From NCBI GenBank assembly GCA_900552235.1, contig URYZ01000001.1, forward strand, positions 177 through 64,176: DNA of 64,000 nucleotides, in the 5' to 3' direction. Positions 1 through 8,584 of this stretch are shown piece by piece (the stretch's first letter is position 1; every line of letters begins with the position of its first letter). The DNA comes from an uncultured Mycoplasmatota bacterium (GTDB lineage Bacteria > Bacillota_I > Bacilli_A > RF39 > UBA660). The notes beneath the pieces are model-generated. The model made no database searches. It was given only the letters and a program-made list of their open reading frames with translations, and had not been told where the DNA came from. Made by a program: the position numbers and the translations under genes.

Positions 1-339
1 ATAACTGATGATTGATATATTAATGATGAAGTAGTATATCTATCTAATACTATTAGTTTCCCTTTATCATATTCACTTTTTAAACCCGTAACCCAAGTAA
101 TAGCTCTATCTTGAGCATATAGACTATTTACAAAGTAAGGTGATAATTCTGAATGATTACCAAAATTACCTTTAAGATATTCTTCAACCGGTCTACCTTG
201 ATATGTTCCATAACTAGGAAAGTGATGTGAAGTAATATCATACTCTTTTTCATTAATTAATCTATCTATAAGTAGTTTATATTGAGTACTTTTTCCTACC
301 CCGTCACAAGAGCCTTCAATTACTATTAATTTACCCATT
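1..339 (-). CDS. tmk: Thymidylate (dTMP) kinase-like P-loop kinase, C-terminally truncated by the window edge
   Basis: Reverse translation from ATG at 337-339 gives MGKLIVIEGSCDGVGKSTQYKLL...VLDRYTTSSLIYQSS. The P-loop IEGxDGxGKST and the DRY motif are typical of the dTMP kinase family. It overlaps the dfrA stop by about 2 nt. Confidence 0.6.
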
Positions 340-832
340 ATTTCATCCTCTTTCTTACATAAATATTTCTTTCATAAGGAATATTTTCATCCATATAATC
401 TGCAATCTTAATACTATCCCACTGTCTAAAGTCGACATAAGGAAAATAAGCATCAGCGATAAATTCTTTGTATAATTCTGTTAAATACATAACATCTACA
501 TAAGGTAGAAACTCTTTATATACTTTTGCTCCTCCAACAACCATAAAGTCATCAGAACTATTTTCTATCATTCTTAATAAATTTTCTATATTATTATAAC
601 AAATAACATCAGCATATCTATCTATATCTTTACTACTTAGTACTATTGGGTTTCTTCCTTTAAGAGCATCTACTGGCATACTTTCAAAAGTATTTCTGCC
701 CATAATAATATTTTTACCCATAGTCATTTTTTTGTAAAAAGTTAAATCTTCAGGTATGTGCCATAATAATCTATTATCAAGTCCTAATTCATTATTATAA
801 CCAACTGCAGCAATTAAAGCTAAATTTTTCAT
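338..832 (-). CDS. folA: Dihydrofolate reductase
   Basis: 164 aa: MKNLALIAAVGYNNELG...LWHIPEDLTFYKKMTMGKNIIMGRNTFES. The N-terminus and size are canonical DHFR. It sits immediately downstream of thyA. Confidence 0.9.
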   Translation of the reverse strand: MKNLALIAAVGYNNELGLDNRLLWHIPEDLTFYKKMTMGKNIIMGRNTFESMPVDALKGRNPIVLSSKDIDRYADVICYNNIENLLRMIENSSDDFMVVGGAKVYKEFLPYVDVMYLTELYKEFIADAYFPYVDFRQWDSIKIADYMDENIPYERNIYVRKRMK

Positions 833-844
833 ATATATCCCCCC

Positions 845-2008
845 CTATTGTGCTATAGGCATTGGTATCTTACCCATATGCTTATATTTTACTAGTTTAA
901 CATCACTTAATTCTTTTGAATTATCAAAATCAAAGAAATCAGTAACTTCTTTATTAAGAATAAGTTCTGGAGTACTAGGATCTAATAATATATCAATTAT
1001 TTTATTATCAGAATCTAATATTTGATATTCTTTGCTGTTTTTATCTAAGTTCTTCATTTGAAGTAAATTACCTCTTTCTTCGCATAGTAATTCTAACTCA
1101 CTCTTATCTTTTAAATATTCATAAGTTTCTGCTCTTCTAAGTTGTTCTTTTATACCATCTAACTGATTTACATAAATATGTGGTTCATTGATAGAATAAG
1201 ATACAAAACCTGGTTCTAAATCTGTTACTTGTGCAATCATTTTTAACAATGTAGCATATTGTGTTACATTAAATGGAAGTCCTAATGGTACATCACAGCT
1301 TCTTTGATGTACTTCTAAGTTTAATGTATCTTTATATATATTCCATTCAGTACTCCAAACACAAGATGGAAGAACTGCTGTTCTTAAGAACTCATTTTGC
1401 CATAAGCTAAAGACTTTTCTTCTAGCAGTAGGACAATTCTTAATAGAGTTAATTAAAGATCTTGCCATACCATATCTTTTAGTAATATAACCATAAGCAG
1501 TACCTATAGTACCAGCATATCCTTTGCCATACCATTTAGCAGCTTTAATATTTTTACCAGGTATTCTACTTTTTGCAGTCATTAGTTTACCTTCGTCATT
1601 ATATTTAGGCTCAAAAGAAGTATATTCACCAAACGGATCGCTAAGTGGTACACTAAGTGGGTCCATAACAGTTACTTCCTTATCAGGATTATAATCTTTT
1701 GTATTTGGTTCATATATTCTATATATACCATCATCGTCTACCATCCATTCATCCCATATTTTAACATTTCTCTCATGTAACCATTCCACATCATTAGAAC
1801 TTGCTTGCCATATCCATAACATTTCTAATATAGCATTTTTATAAAATGTTTGCTTAGTAGATAAAATAGGATATTCATCTCTTAAATCAAACTTAAAGTA
1901 ATGTTCTGGTAATTTAACAGTATTAATACCAGTTCTATTTTCTACTTCTTCCCCTTCTTTTAATATCCTCTTTAATAATTTAATATATTCTTCATCAAAA
2001 TAAGTCAT
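845..2008 (-). CDS. thyA: Thymidylate synthase ThyA, long form (387 aa) with Val in place of the usual active-site His, as in B. subtilis TS-A
   Basis: The active-site region LPSCVWSTEW...HQRSCDVPLGLPFNVTQYATLLKMIAQ aligns to E. coli APCHAFFQFYV...[21 protein letters not shown]. The PFN (Asn) motif indicates dUMP specificity. There is a large internal insertion of about 70 aa and a C-terminal extension of about 60 aa. Confidence 0.85.
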   Translation of the reverse strand: MTYFDEEYIKLLKRILKEGEEVENRTGINTVKLPEHYFKFDLRDEYPILSTKQTFYKNAILEMLWIWQASSNDVEWLHERNVKIWDEWMVDDDGIYRIYEPNTKDYNPDKEVTVMDPLSVPLSDPFGEYTSFEPKYNDEGKLMTAKSRIPGKNIKAAKWYGKGYAGTIGTAYGYITKRYGMARSLINSIKNCPTARRKVFSLWQNEFLRTAVLPSCVWSTEWNIYKDTLNLEVHQRSCDVPLGLPFNVTQYATLLKMIAQVTDLEPGFVSYSINEPHIYVNQLDGIKEQLRRAETYEYLKDKSELELLCEERGNLLQMKNLDKNSKEYQILDSDNKIIDILLDPSTPELILNKEVTDFFDFDNSKELSDVKLVKYKHMGKIPMPIAQ

Positions 2009-2104
2009 AGTATTTTTACCTCCTGATTATCGCTAAATTAATAATATCATACTATAACTAATAAATCAATATTGTTTACTTTTTGTTTACAATGTATTAC
2101 ATAG

Positions 2105-2132
2105 AAAAAACAGACTAAATTAGCCTGTTTAT
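2105..2132 (-). terminator. Rho-independent terminator after yafQ (AAACAG...CTGTTT stem plus T-run on the minus strand); copy 1 of a 27-bp direct repeat
   Basis: aaaaaacagactaaattagcctgtttat. The minus strand reads AAACAGGCTAATTTAGTCTGTTTTTTC. Confidence 0.5.
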
Positions 2133-2144
2133 CATATATAATTC

Positions 2145-2435
2145 TTAAAATACTTCACTATGACTTCCAATATTTACTAATAAGAGAATTAATTCGTTTT
2201 CGTTGTACTTGTATATTAGTAACCAATCAGGATCAATGTGGCACTCAAAGCAATCAATATAGTATTTATCATTAACAAGTTTATGATTTTTAAATTTTCG
2301 TTCCAATTTTTCCATATTTGCTAACTTGTCAACAATATCTAATAATTTATTAATATCTTTTCCTTGCTTTAATGATTTTTTTAATCCTTTTTTAAATTGG
2401 TTAGAATACTGAACATCATATTTATAGTTATTCAT
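2145..2435 (-). CDS. yafQ: Type II toxin-antitoxin system YafQ/RelE-family toxin (mRNA interferase)
   Basis: 96 aa. The C-terminus HIDPDWLLIYKYNENELILLLVNIGSHSEVF matches the YafQ signature (HVEPDWILIYK...TGTHAALF). It overlaps the antitoxin gene by 8 nt. Confidence 0.8.
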   Translation of the reverse strand: MNNYKYDVQYSNQFKKGLKKSLKQGKDINKLLDIVDKLANMEKLERKFKNHKLVNDKYYIDCFECHIDPDWLLIYKYNENELILLLVNIGSHSEVF

Positions 2436-2718
2436 TATCTGATAGTAATGCTTTCTTTAAATCTTCTCTATTAGTATAACGCGGATAATCATTTGGATGT
2501 GATATCATTTCTTTTACTTCTTGAACTGCTTTTAACATTTCTTCATTCGGTTTATTGTTTACGATTTCAAATGGTATGCCATCTCTTTTTATTACCTGTT
2601 TTAAAAATATGTTAATTGCAGTACTCATACTTAAGCCTAGGTTATTTAAAATATCTGTGGCTTGTTTTTTGGTATCACTATCAACTTGAATATTTATAGC
2701 ACTGGTTAAATTTGCCAT
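2428..2718 (-). CDS. dinJ: RelB/DinJ-family antitoxin
   Basis: MANLTSAINIQVDSDTKKQATDILNNLGLSMSTAINIFLKQVIKRDGIPFEI is DinJ-like, with a ribbon-helix-helix N-terminus. It lies directly upstream of yafQ. Confidence 0.8.
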   Translation of the reverse strand: MANLTSAINIQVDSDTKKQATDILNNLGLSMSTAINIFLKQVIKRDGIPFEIVNNKPNEEMLKAVQEVKEMISHPNDYPRYTNREDLKKALLSDNE

Positions 2719-2824
2719 AGTATCATCTCCCAATATTAATTTTAGCACAATAAGTAGTAAAAGTCAATATACTTACTACAATATTACTACATATATTGTA
2801 TGCGCAAAGTGGATTTTTATACAC

Positions 2825-2851
2825 AAAAACAGACTGAATTAGCCTGTTTAT
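2825..2851 (-). terminator. Rho-independent terminator overlapping the stop of the upstream chimeric ORF; copy 2 of the 27-bp direct repeat (25/27 identical to 2105-2132)
   Basis: aaaaacagactgaattagcctgtttat. The stem is AAACAG/CTGTTT followed by TTTTTG on the minus strand. Confidence 0.5.
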
Positions 2852-3667
2852 TTATTCCACTGTTACAGATTTAGCAAGATTTCTAGGTTTATCGATATCG
2901 CAACCTTTTAATTTAGCTATATTATAAGCAAGTAATTGCATAGGTATTATTGCCATTAATGGATTTAGAACCTCATTATAATCATCTAATAATATTTTAT
3001 ACTTAGAAAAATCATCATCTTTAATATTATATTTCTTTTTAATTTCTTTTATTTTAGACTTTTTAATATTATCTATATTAAATTTATCTATATCAATACC
3101 ACTTGGAATAATACTTATGTTATGTTTTACTTTATAGTTTTTTATTATATTATTTTTTGTTTTTAAACTTGGTACGATAACTTCTTTTATTGTTTTTGAA
3201 AAATATACTTTCATATATGATTTTAAAATACTTTTTGTTACCTTAGAAGTAAAATGATCTAGCATTGTATCAAGATTTTGTTCATATAAAGAATGATAAG
3301 TATGAACCATTGGTATATCAAATTTTTTAGCCATTGACTTAGCAAAAAGTCCTATTCCAAATTCAGTATTAGAATGAATTAAATCTAAATGTAAATCCTT
3401 AATCATTTTAACAGCTTTTACAGGATATGTTATTCTTACTTTATAATCATATATATTAATTGGTAACCCTGGTATTCTAATAACATCATCTTTTTTTATA
3501 TATTTATTATTTTTAGGAATACTGTTAACTGTAATTATAAATACTTTACAGTTTTCGTATTTTTCTAATGCTTTTTTTAAATTTTCAACTGCGATTACTA
3601 CCCCGCTTATTGATGGATAATAAATATCTGTAAAAATTCCTATCCTAAGTTTTTTATTATTTTTCAT
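2852..3667 (-). pseudogene. Chimeric ORF: GT4 glycosyltransferase N-terminal domain (about 230 aa) fused in frame to the last 38 codons of glmS
   Basis: The N-terminus [24 protein letters not shown]... is a typical GT4 N-domain, but the Glycos_transf_1 catalytic half is absent. The C-terminus [38 protein letters not shown] is the conserved GlmS C-terminus (E. coli ...[30 protein letters not shown]). Confidence 0.6.
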
Positions 3668-3724
3668 AATTTTTTCCTTTCATATATATTATAGTATATA
3701 ATAAATATTAAAAAAAGATTAAAA

Positions 3725-4129
3725 TTATAAAATTTCAATCTCATCGATAAGTTCAAATTGTTTTGTTAAAACTTCCCTAACTTTAGATTTTAACTGCTTT
3801 ATATTTTTTTCTAACATTTCTTTTTTCATATCTAATTTTTGTGTTTCTATTAAAGCATCATTTATTATTTTATTAGCATTGTTTCTTGCCTCATTTATTA
3901 TTAATTCTGCTTCTTTTTTTGCATTTTCTTTTAGTTCTCTTCTTATTTGTTCTTCTTTTTCGTAATTATAATTATATGACATGTTATGTGCTTTTTCTAA
4001 TTCTTTTTTTAATCTATCAATTTCTATTTGTTGATCTTTAATTGTAGATATATTTTGTTCTATTTTTCTAATTGCATAATCTAATATTTCCTTTATTTCT
4101 TCTTTATCATAAGAATATGTGTCATTCAC
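3725..4129 (-). CDS. divIVA: DivIVA-domain coiled-coil cell-division protein (GTG start, atypical N-terminus)
   Basis: The C-terminal two-thirds (KEAELIINEARNNANKIINDALIETQKLDMKKEMLEKNIKQLK) align to the B. subtilis DivIVA coiled coil. It is located downstream of sepF, as in Bacillus. Confidence 0.55.
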   Translation of the reverse strand: MNDTYSYDKEEIKEILDYAIRKIEQNISTIKDQQIEIDRLKKELEKAHNMSYNYNYEKEEQIRRELKENAKKEAELIINEARNNANKIINDALIETQKLDMKKEMLEKNIKQLKSKVREVLTKQFELIDEIEIL

Positions 4130-4159
4130 AAAACATCACCACCTAATTATCCTTTTATC

Positions 4160-4576
4160 TTACCATTCGTATTCGTTATTTTCTTTATTTTCTTCTTCTT
4201 TTTTAACTTTTGGTTTTTCCCCTTCAGTCATTTTTCCTTCAACTGAAACATTATTTGGAGTACATAAAAATATTCCATTACCAAGTTTTTGTAATGTTCC
4301 ACTTATTGCATAAAGTGTTCCACTTAAAAAATCTATTATTCTTTTAGCTTGTTCAGGAGTTACTCTTTTTAAGTTTACTACTACTGTATTTCTTGCTTTT
4401 AAATAATCAGCGATTTGTTGTGATTCAGAAAATGCGCGTGGTTCAAGTAGAATCATTTTATTACCATTTCTTGTTGTTTCTTTAAATCCATCCTTTGTTA
4501 CACCATAATATTCATCATCTTTTGTATCTTCTCCAAAATCACTACCCATAAATTTTTTAAATTTATCAAAAGCCAT
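4160..4576 (-). CDS. sepF: Cell division protein SepF
   Basis: LLEPRAFSESQQIADYLKARNTVVVNLKRVTPEQAKRIIDFLSGTLYAISGTLQKLGNGIFLCTPNNVSVEG matches the SepF core. Confidence 0.85.
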   Translation of the reverse strand: MAFDKFKKFMGSDFGEDTKDDEYYGVTKDGFKETTRNGNKMILLEPRAFSESQQIADYLKARNTVVVNLKRVTPEQAKRIIDFLSGTLYAISGTLQKLGNGIFLCTPNNVSVEGKMTEGEKPKVKKEEENKENNEYEW

Positions 4577-4706
4577 ATAAATCCCTCCGTATTTTTAATT
4601 TATAACTATATTTTAACACAACAATATTTATTTTTAAATAGTTTTATTTAATTTATTTTAATTATAACGTAAAAAAGTACAAAATTTGTACCTTTATTTT
4701 ACTATT

Positions 4707-5744
4707 TTATTCTTCCACTACTTCAGCAGTTTCATCAATTACTTCTTTTTTAGAATAAAAATCTCTTACTTGTTTTTCAAGCTCATCTCTTAGTTTAGGA
4801 TTTGCTTTCAAATACATTTTTACATTTTCTTTACCTTGTCCTATTTTTTCACCCTTATAAGCATACCATGCACCACTTTTATCTAAGATATTAGCATTAG
4901 CCGCTAAATCTATTATTTCACTTTCTTTTGATATTCCTTGACCGTACATTATTTCAACAGTTGCAGTTTTAAATGGTGGAGCAACTTTATTTTTAACAAC
5001 TTTAATAACTGTTTTATTTCCTACAATTGCATCACCATTTTTAATTGATTCTGCTCTTCTTACATCAAGTCTTATTGTAGAATAAAATTTTAATGCTCTT
5101 CCTCCAGGAGTTGTTTCGGGATTTCCAAACATTACTCCAACTTTTTCTCTTAATTGATTAATAAAAATTGCTGTTGTTTTTGTTTTATTAATTGTTCCTG
5201 AAAGTTTCCTTAAAGCCTGTGACATAAGTCTTGCTTGAAGTCCTACATGAGAATCCCCCATATCTCCATCAATTTCTGCTTGAGGTACTAATGCTGCAAC
5301 TGAATCTATAACAACAATATTAACTGCTTCACTTCTAACTAAAGCTTCACATATTTCAAGTGCTTGTTCTCCTGTATCTGGTTGAGATAATAAAAGTTCA
5401 TTAATATCAACCCCTAATTTTTTAGCATAAATAGGATCAAGTGCATGTTCTGCATCTATAAATGCTGCCCTTCCACCTTGTTTTTGTACTTCTGCAATTG
5501 CATGCAATGCTACAGTTGTTTTACCACTTGATTCTGGTCCAAATATTTCAATTATTCTTCCTTTTGGATACCCCATAACACCAAGTGCTAAATCAAGAGC
5601 TAAGCTACCACTTGAAGTTGTTTCAACTTCCATATGAGGATTTTCTCCTAATTTCATTATTGAACCTTTTCCAAATTGCTTTTCTATTTCTTGTAAAACC
5701 GCCTCTAAATTCTTATCTTTTTCTTTTGTTACTTGTTTTGCCAT
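4707..5744 (-). CDS. recA: Recombinase RecA; the probable true start is [12 protein letters not shown], and the track ORF carries a 32-aa upstream extension
   Basis: [43 protein letters not shown]... is canonical RecA. Confidence 0.95.
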   Translation of the reverse strand: MAKQVTKEKDKNLEAVLQEIEKQFGKGSIMKLGENPHMEVETTSSGSLALDLALGVMGYPKGRIIEIFGPESSGKTTVALHAIAEVQKQGGRAAFIDAEHALDPIYAKKLGVDINELLLSQPDTGEQALEICEALVRSEAVNIVVIDSVAALVPQAEIDGDMGDSHVGLQARLMSQALRKLSGTINKTKTTAIFINQLREKVGVMFGNPETTPGGRALKFYSTIRLDVRRAESIKNGDAIVGNKTVIKVVKNKVAPPFKTATVEIMYGQGISKESEIIDLAANANILDKSGAWYAYKGEKIGQGKENVKMYLKANPKLRDELEKQVRDFYSKKEVIDETAEVVEE

Positions 5745-5905
5745 AACAATTCCTCCATTCATAAATCCATTATAAAATATAAAATTTAAAATGTCAATAC
5801 TTTTTTCAAACATTTGTTTGTTGACTGTTTTTTGTTTCAATTTTGACTTTTCGCCTTAAGATCAAAATTAAAAATTCAAGCTGTTTTAAGCCTGAATTTT
5901 CAAAA

Positions 5906-6523
5906 TTACTTTTCTTCAAATTCTTGAAAAATTATTTTTTTATTTAAATTATAATACTCAAACATTGAAACAACAGACATAATTGTTCCAAAATATAAGA
6001 AGAAATCACTTACTCTATAACCCCATATTTGGAATGGTAAGTTATAAAAAAATGTAAGAATAACACCAATCATCAAAGTAGCTGTTTTAATCTTTCCTGA
6101 TAATTTAGCTGCTTGAACTTTTCCGTTATTAGCACAAATCATTCTAATTGCATCAACAATAATATCTCTTACAATAATAACAACAGGAACAACGGCACTT
6201 ATAAATCCTTGACAAGCAAAAATAATTAAAACAGAATTTACTAAAACCTTATCTGCGATAGCATCAACTAATTTTCCAAAATTAGTTACTTCATTATTCT
6301 TTCTTGCAAGCTTTCCATCATAATAATCTGTAATACTTGCTATTATAAATAATACACCACTTATTAAATATCTTAAATCTATTAAAATATTTTTAAATAA
6401 AAACTGTGGAAAAGTTATTCCTACCCTATAAAAAGGAAAAATTAATAAGATTATTATAATAAGCGATAATATAAGTCTTACAAAAGTAAGCTTTGTTGGT
6501 AAATTAAATTTTATTTTTTTCAT
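5906..6523 (-). CDS. pgsA: CDP-diacylglycerol--glycerol-3-phosphate 3-phosphatidyltransferase
   Basis: It carries the CDP-alcohol phosphatidyltransferase motif DYYDGKLARKNNEVTNFGKLVDAIADK and is a multi-TM protein. It sits upstream of recA, as in Bacillus. Confidence 0.85.
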   Translation of the reverse strand: MKKIKFNLPTKLTFVRLILSLIIIILLIFPFYRVGITFPQFLFKNILIDLRYLISGVLFIIASITDYYDGKLARKNNEVTNFGKLVDAIADKVLVNSVLIIFACQGFISAVVPVVIIVRDIIVDAIRMICANNGKVQAAKLSGKIKTATLMIGVILTFFYNLPFQIWGYRVSDFFLYFGTIMSVVSMFEYYNLNKKIIFQEFEEK

Positions 6524-6532
6524 ATCTTACAC

Positions 6533-6970
6533 CTATCCTATAATAATTTTTTTAAGTACAAAAAGTATAAATAATAAAATTATTATAAAAACTACTATTA
6601 TTAATATAATGTTATATTTTTTATTAAAATCTACCATTTCTTTTGTATATGGTGATTTTATTTTTTTAACAACTTTTTCTTTATTTGTCTTTTCTAATCT
6701 TTCTTTTATATCATTAATACTTATTTTAGAAGTTTTTTCAAATAAATAATCATTATATTCATCCATTATTTTTTCCGTATCAAGTCCTAAATACTTAGAA
6801 TAACTTTCAATTGTGTCTTTTATTTCCAAAATATCTTTAAACACTTTAGCATTTCCCTCTTCTAAGTTTTCAAGTAATACTTCTTTTATTCCTAAATCTT
6901 TAGAAACCTCTTCTAAAGTAATTCCTATTTCTTCTCGTTTTTCTTTAAACGATTCTCCAATATCTTTCAA
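6533..6970 (-). CDS. rodZ: RodZ-like XRE-HTH membrane protein (ymfM homologue), TTG start
   Basis: There is an N-terminal HTH (ITLEEVSKDLGIKEVLLENLEEGN...YSKYLGLD) and a C-terminal TM helix. The ymfM-pgsA-recA synteny is preserved. Confidence 0.6.
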   Translation of the reverse strand: MKDIGESFKEKREEIGITLEEVSKDLGIKEVLLENLEEGNAKVFKDILEIKDTIESYSKYLGLDTEKIMDEYNDYLFEKTSKISINDIKERLEKTNKEKVVKKIKSPYTKEMVDFNKKYNIILIIVVFIIILLFILFVLKKIIIG

Positions 6971-6999
6971 AATAACACCTCTATTTATTTTAATAATAA

Positions 7000-7340
7000 C
7001 ATTTAATAAGCCATGTTCTGTACCTTAAAGGTGGCAAACATTTATCTATCTTTCGATCTCTAAATCAGTTTTTATTCCTTATTAGAGTTCCCCTACCATA
7101 ATTTGGGTTTCTCGCTTGTGGGGTTTACTTCGTTCCACTTTTATTATTTCTAATAAATTCGTCACTATAGCACTTTATAAAAAAGACACCATATCAAAAG
7201 ACTTAGGTTTCTTTTTAAGCCGTTAGAATACTCTACCTTAAGTTATTTATTCCTTAAGCACAAACACTAAAAGCATTACAGCTTTTGCGAGCATGGACTT
7301 TCCTCTATATAATAATTATACAGCGTTTGCCTAAAATATT
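7000..7340 (-). ncRNA. rnpB: RNase P RNA, bacterial type B
   Basis: The minus strand carries ATATAGAGGAAAGTCCATGCTCGCA (the type-B P4 hallmark). It also carries GTGACGAA...GTGGAACGAAGTAAACCCCACAAGCGAGAAACCCAAATTATGGTAGGGGAAC and, at the 3' end, ACAGAACATGGCTTA. Each block aligns to B. subtilis rnpB. It is adjacent to gpsB, as in B. subtilis. Confidence 0.85.
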
Positions 7341-7341
7341 A

Positions 7342-7689
7342 TTACTCTTTATCTTCTTTTTCACTACCATATATAACTTTTTCTAAGTTAGATAATCTTT
7401 TTAATACATCTAAATTATTTGTGTTTCCTGGACTAGCTTTAGCTATTTCTGTTTGAATAGATGCATCTCTTAAATCTTGTTTTAATTTAAGTATTTCATC
7501 ATTTAATTTTTGATTTTCTTTAGATAGTTGCTCAATTATTTTAATAAATGTTTCGTAATCTTGAATAATTAAATCAAGATATTGATCAACTTCTTTTAAT
7601 CTATAACCTCTAGTATCTATTTTAAATTCTTTTTCAAGTATTTCATTAGCAGTTAAATTCAAATTATTTTGAAACATACACTTCACCAA
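7342..7689 (-). CDS. gpsB: Cell-cycle protein GpsB (DivIVA-domain)
   Basis: LTANEILEKEFKIDTRGYRLKEVDQYLDLIIQDYETF...LDVLKRLSNLEKVIYGS matches GpsB (SAKEILEKEFKTGVRGY...FDILKRLSNLEKHVFG). Confidence 0.85.
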   Translation of the reverse strand: MVKCMFQNNLNLTANEILEKEFKIDTRGYRLKEVDQYLDLIIQDYETFIKIIEQLSKENQKLNDEILKLKQDLRDASIQTEIAKASPGNTNNLDVLKRLSNLEKVIYGSEKEDKE

Positions 7690-7744
7690 TCCTTACATAC
7701 TATATTTTAAGAAAAAAAAAGAAATTTGTCAATTATAATATAAC

Positions 7745-7852
7745 TTATTTCTTTTTTATTTCATTTAAATGATAAGTATTTAATTTTAATTTACTGTATC
7801 TTGTCCTACTTAATAAATCATTTAATACTAAACTTACATAATCATTATTCAT
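7745..7852 (-). CDS. Putative 36-aa small protein (MNNDYVSLVLNDLLSRTRYSKLKLNTYHLNEIKKK) behind a strong RBS; speculative
   Basis: AAAGAGGAATTTT-ATG gives a Shine-Dalgarno with 6-7 nt spacing. It lies in the gpsB-recU intergenic region. No family was recognised. Confidence 0.2.
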   Translation of the reverse strand: MNNDYVSLVLNDLLSRTRYSKLKLNTYHLNEIKKK

Positions 7853-7993
7853 AAAATTCCTCTTTTCATTCTTTCTATAATTAATATACTACAAAATGTA
7901 AATATTTCATTATATTCGACAAAAGATATCAAATTATGTTAAATATAATAAAAAAGAATAGAAATTTAATCACTTTTATAGTATAATTTTAAT

Positions 7994-8584
7994 ATGAACA
8001 AGAAGGGAAATAATATGAACATAAAATATCCTGTTGGGACAAATAAAGATAAAAAGATAAATAAAGTTAAAACCTTTGGTAATCGTGGGATGACCTTGGA
8101 AGATGATTTAAACCTAACAAATAATTATTACTTAGAAAAAAATATTGCTGTAATTCATAAGAAGCCTACACCAATTCAAGTAATTAAAACATCTTTAAAT
8201 AAAATAACACTTGCTTATTTTAAAGAACCATCTACAACTGATTATAATGGCCTTTATAAAGGAAAATATATTGATTTTGAAGCTAAAGAAACAACTTCTA
8301 AAACAAGTTTTCCTTTAGAAAATATACATAAACATCAAATAAAACATATAAGAAAAATTGATGAACATAATGGCATATGTTTTATTATAGTTAGATTTAA
8401 TAATTTAAATACAACATATCTTTTATTTGCTAAAGATTTCTTGAATTTTATTGATAATAATACAAGAAAATCTATTCCCCTTTCTTATTTTGAAGATAAA
8501 GGATATAAAATAAAATTTAATTTAAATCCTAGATTAGATTATTTAAAAATAGTTGATGAACATGGAGGTATTTATGAAAAATAA
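7994..8584 (+). CDS. recU: Holliday-junction resolvase RecU
   Basis: GNRGMTLEDDLNLTNNYY...IAVIHKKPTPIQV...DYNGLYKGKYIDFEAKET are RecU motifs. It sits upstream of ponA, as in Bacillus. Confidence 0.9.
   Translation: MNKKGNNMNIKYPVGTNKDKKINKVKTFGNRGMTLEDDLNLTNNYYLEKNIAVIHKKPTPIQVIKTSLNKITLAYFKEPSTTDYNGLYKGKYIDFEAKETTSKTSFPLENIHKHQIKHIRKIDEHNGICFIIVRFNNLNTTYLLFAKDFLNFIDNNTRKSIPLSYFEDKGYKIKFNLNPRLDYLKIVDEHGGIYEK

Noticed and set aside
845-2008. ThyA homologue as a dCMP/dUMP hydroxymethylase (hypermodified-base pathway)
   Set aside because: The specificity residue in the PFN motif is Asn (dUMP-type). The gene sits in a canonical dfrA-tmk context. Val-for-His is the known TS-A variant, so it is ordinary thymidylate synthase.
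2852-3667. Tn7-like element inserted at attTn7 (glmS 3' end)
   Set aside because: No tnsABCDE-like genes or Tn7 end repeats are present. Only the glmS tail fusion and the small toxin-antitoxin cassette are seen, so this is reported as a scar, not a transposon.
4119-4313. Short plus-strand ORFs (4119..4313, 8543..8746, 9774..9977, 11122..11313, 13352..13609, 15440..15676, 16168..16417, 16975..17169, 18509..18850, 21516..21728, 23718..24032, 24834..25031, 29089..29286, 29895..30098, 30477..30677, 30788..31027, 31160..31441, 32664..32864, 33654..34055, 34542..34838, 41778..42023, 42602..42784, 46083..46289, 47343..47537, 49093..49428, 49858..50148, 56532..56741, 62997..63266)
   Set aside because: All lie antisense to, or out of frame within, well-supported longer genes. 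They have low-complexity F/L/I/Y-rich translations typical of AT-rich DNA, with no RBS and no recognisable family.
4707-5840. N-terminal 32-aa extension of RecA ([32 protein letters not shown])
   Set aside because: RecA homology begins at MAKQVTKEK. The extension is AT-rich promoter or leader sequence read through to an upstream ATG.
6813-7028. 71-aa plus-strand ORF spanning the rodZ start and the 3' end of the RNase P RNA
   Set aside because: It overlaps a confidently identified structured RNA and the rodZ 5' end. It has no coding signature.
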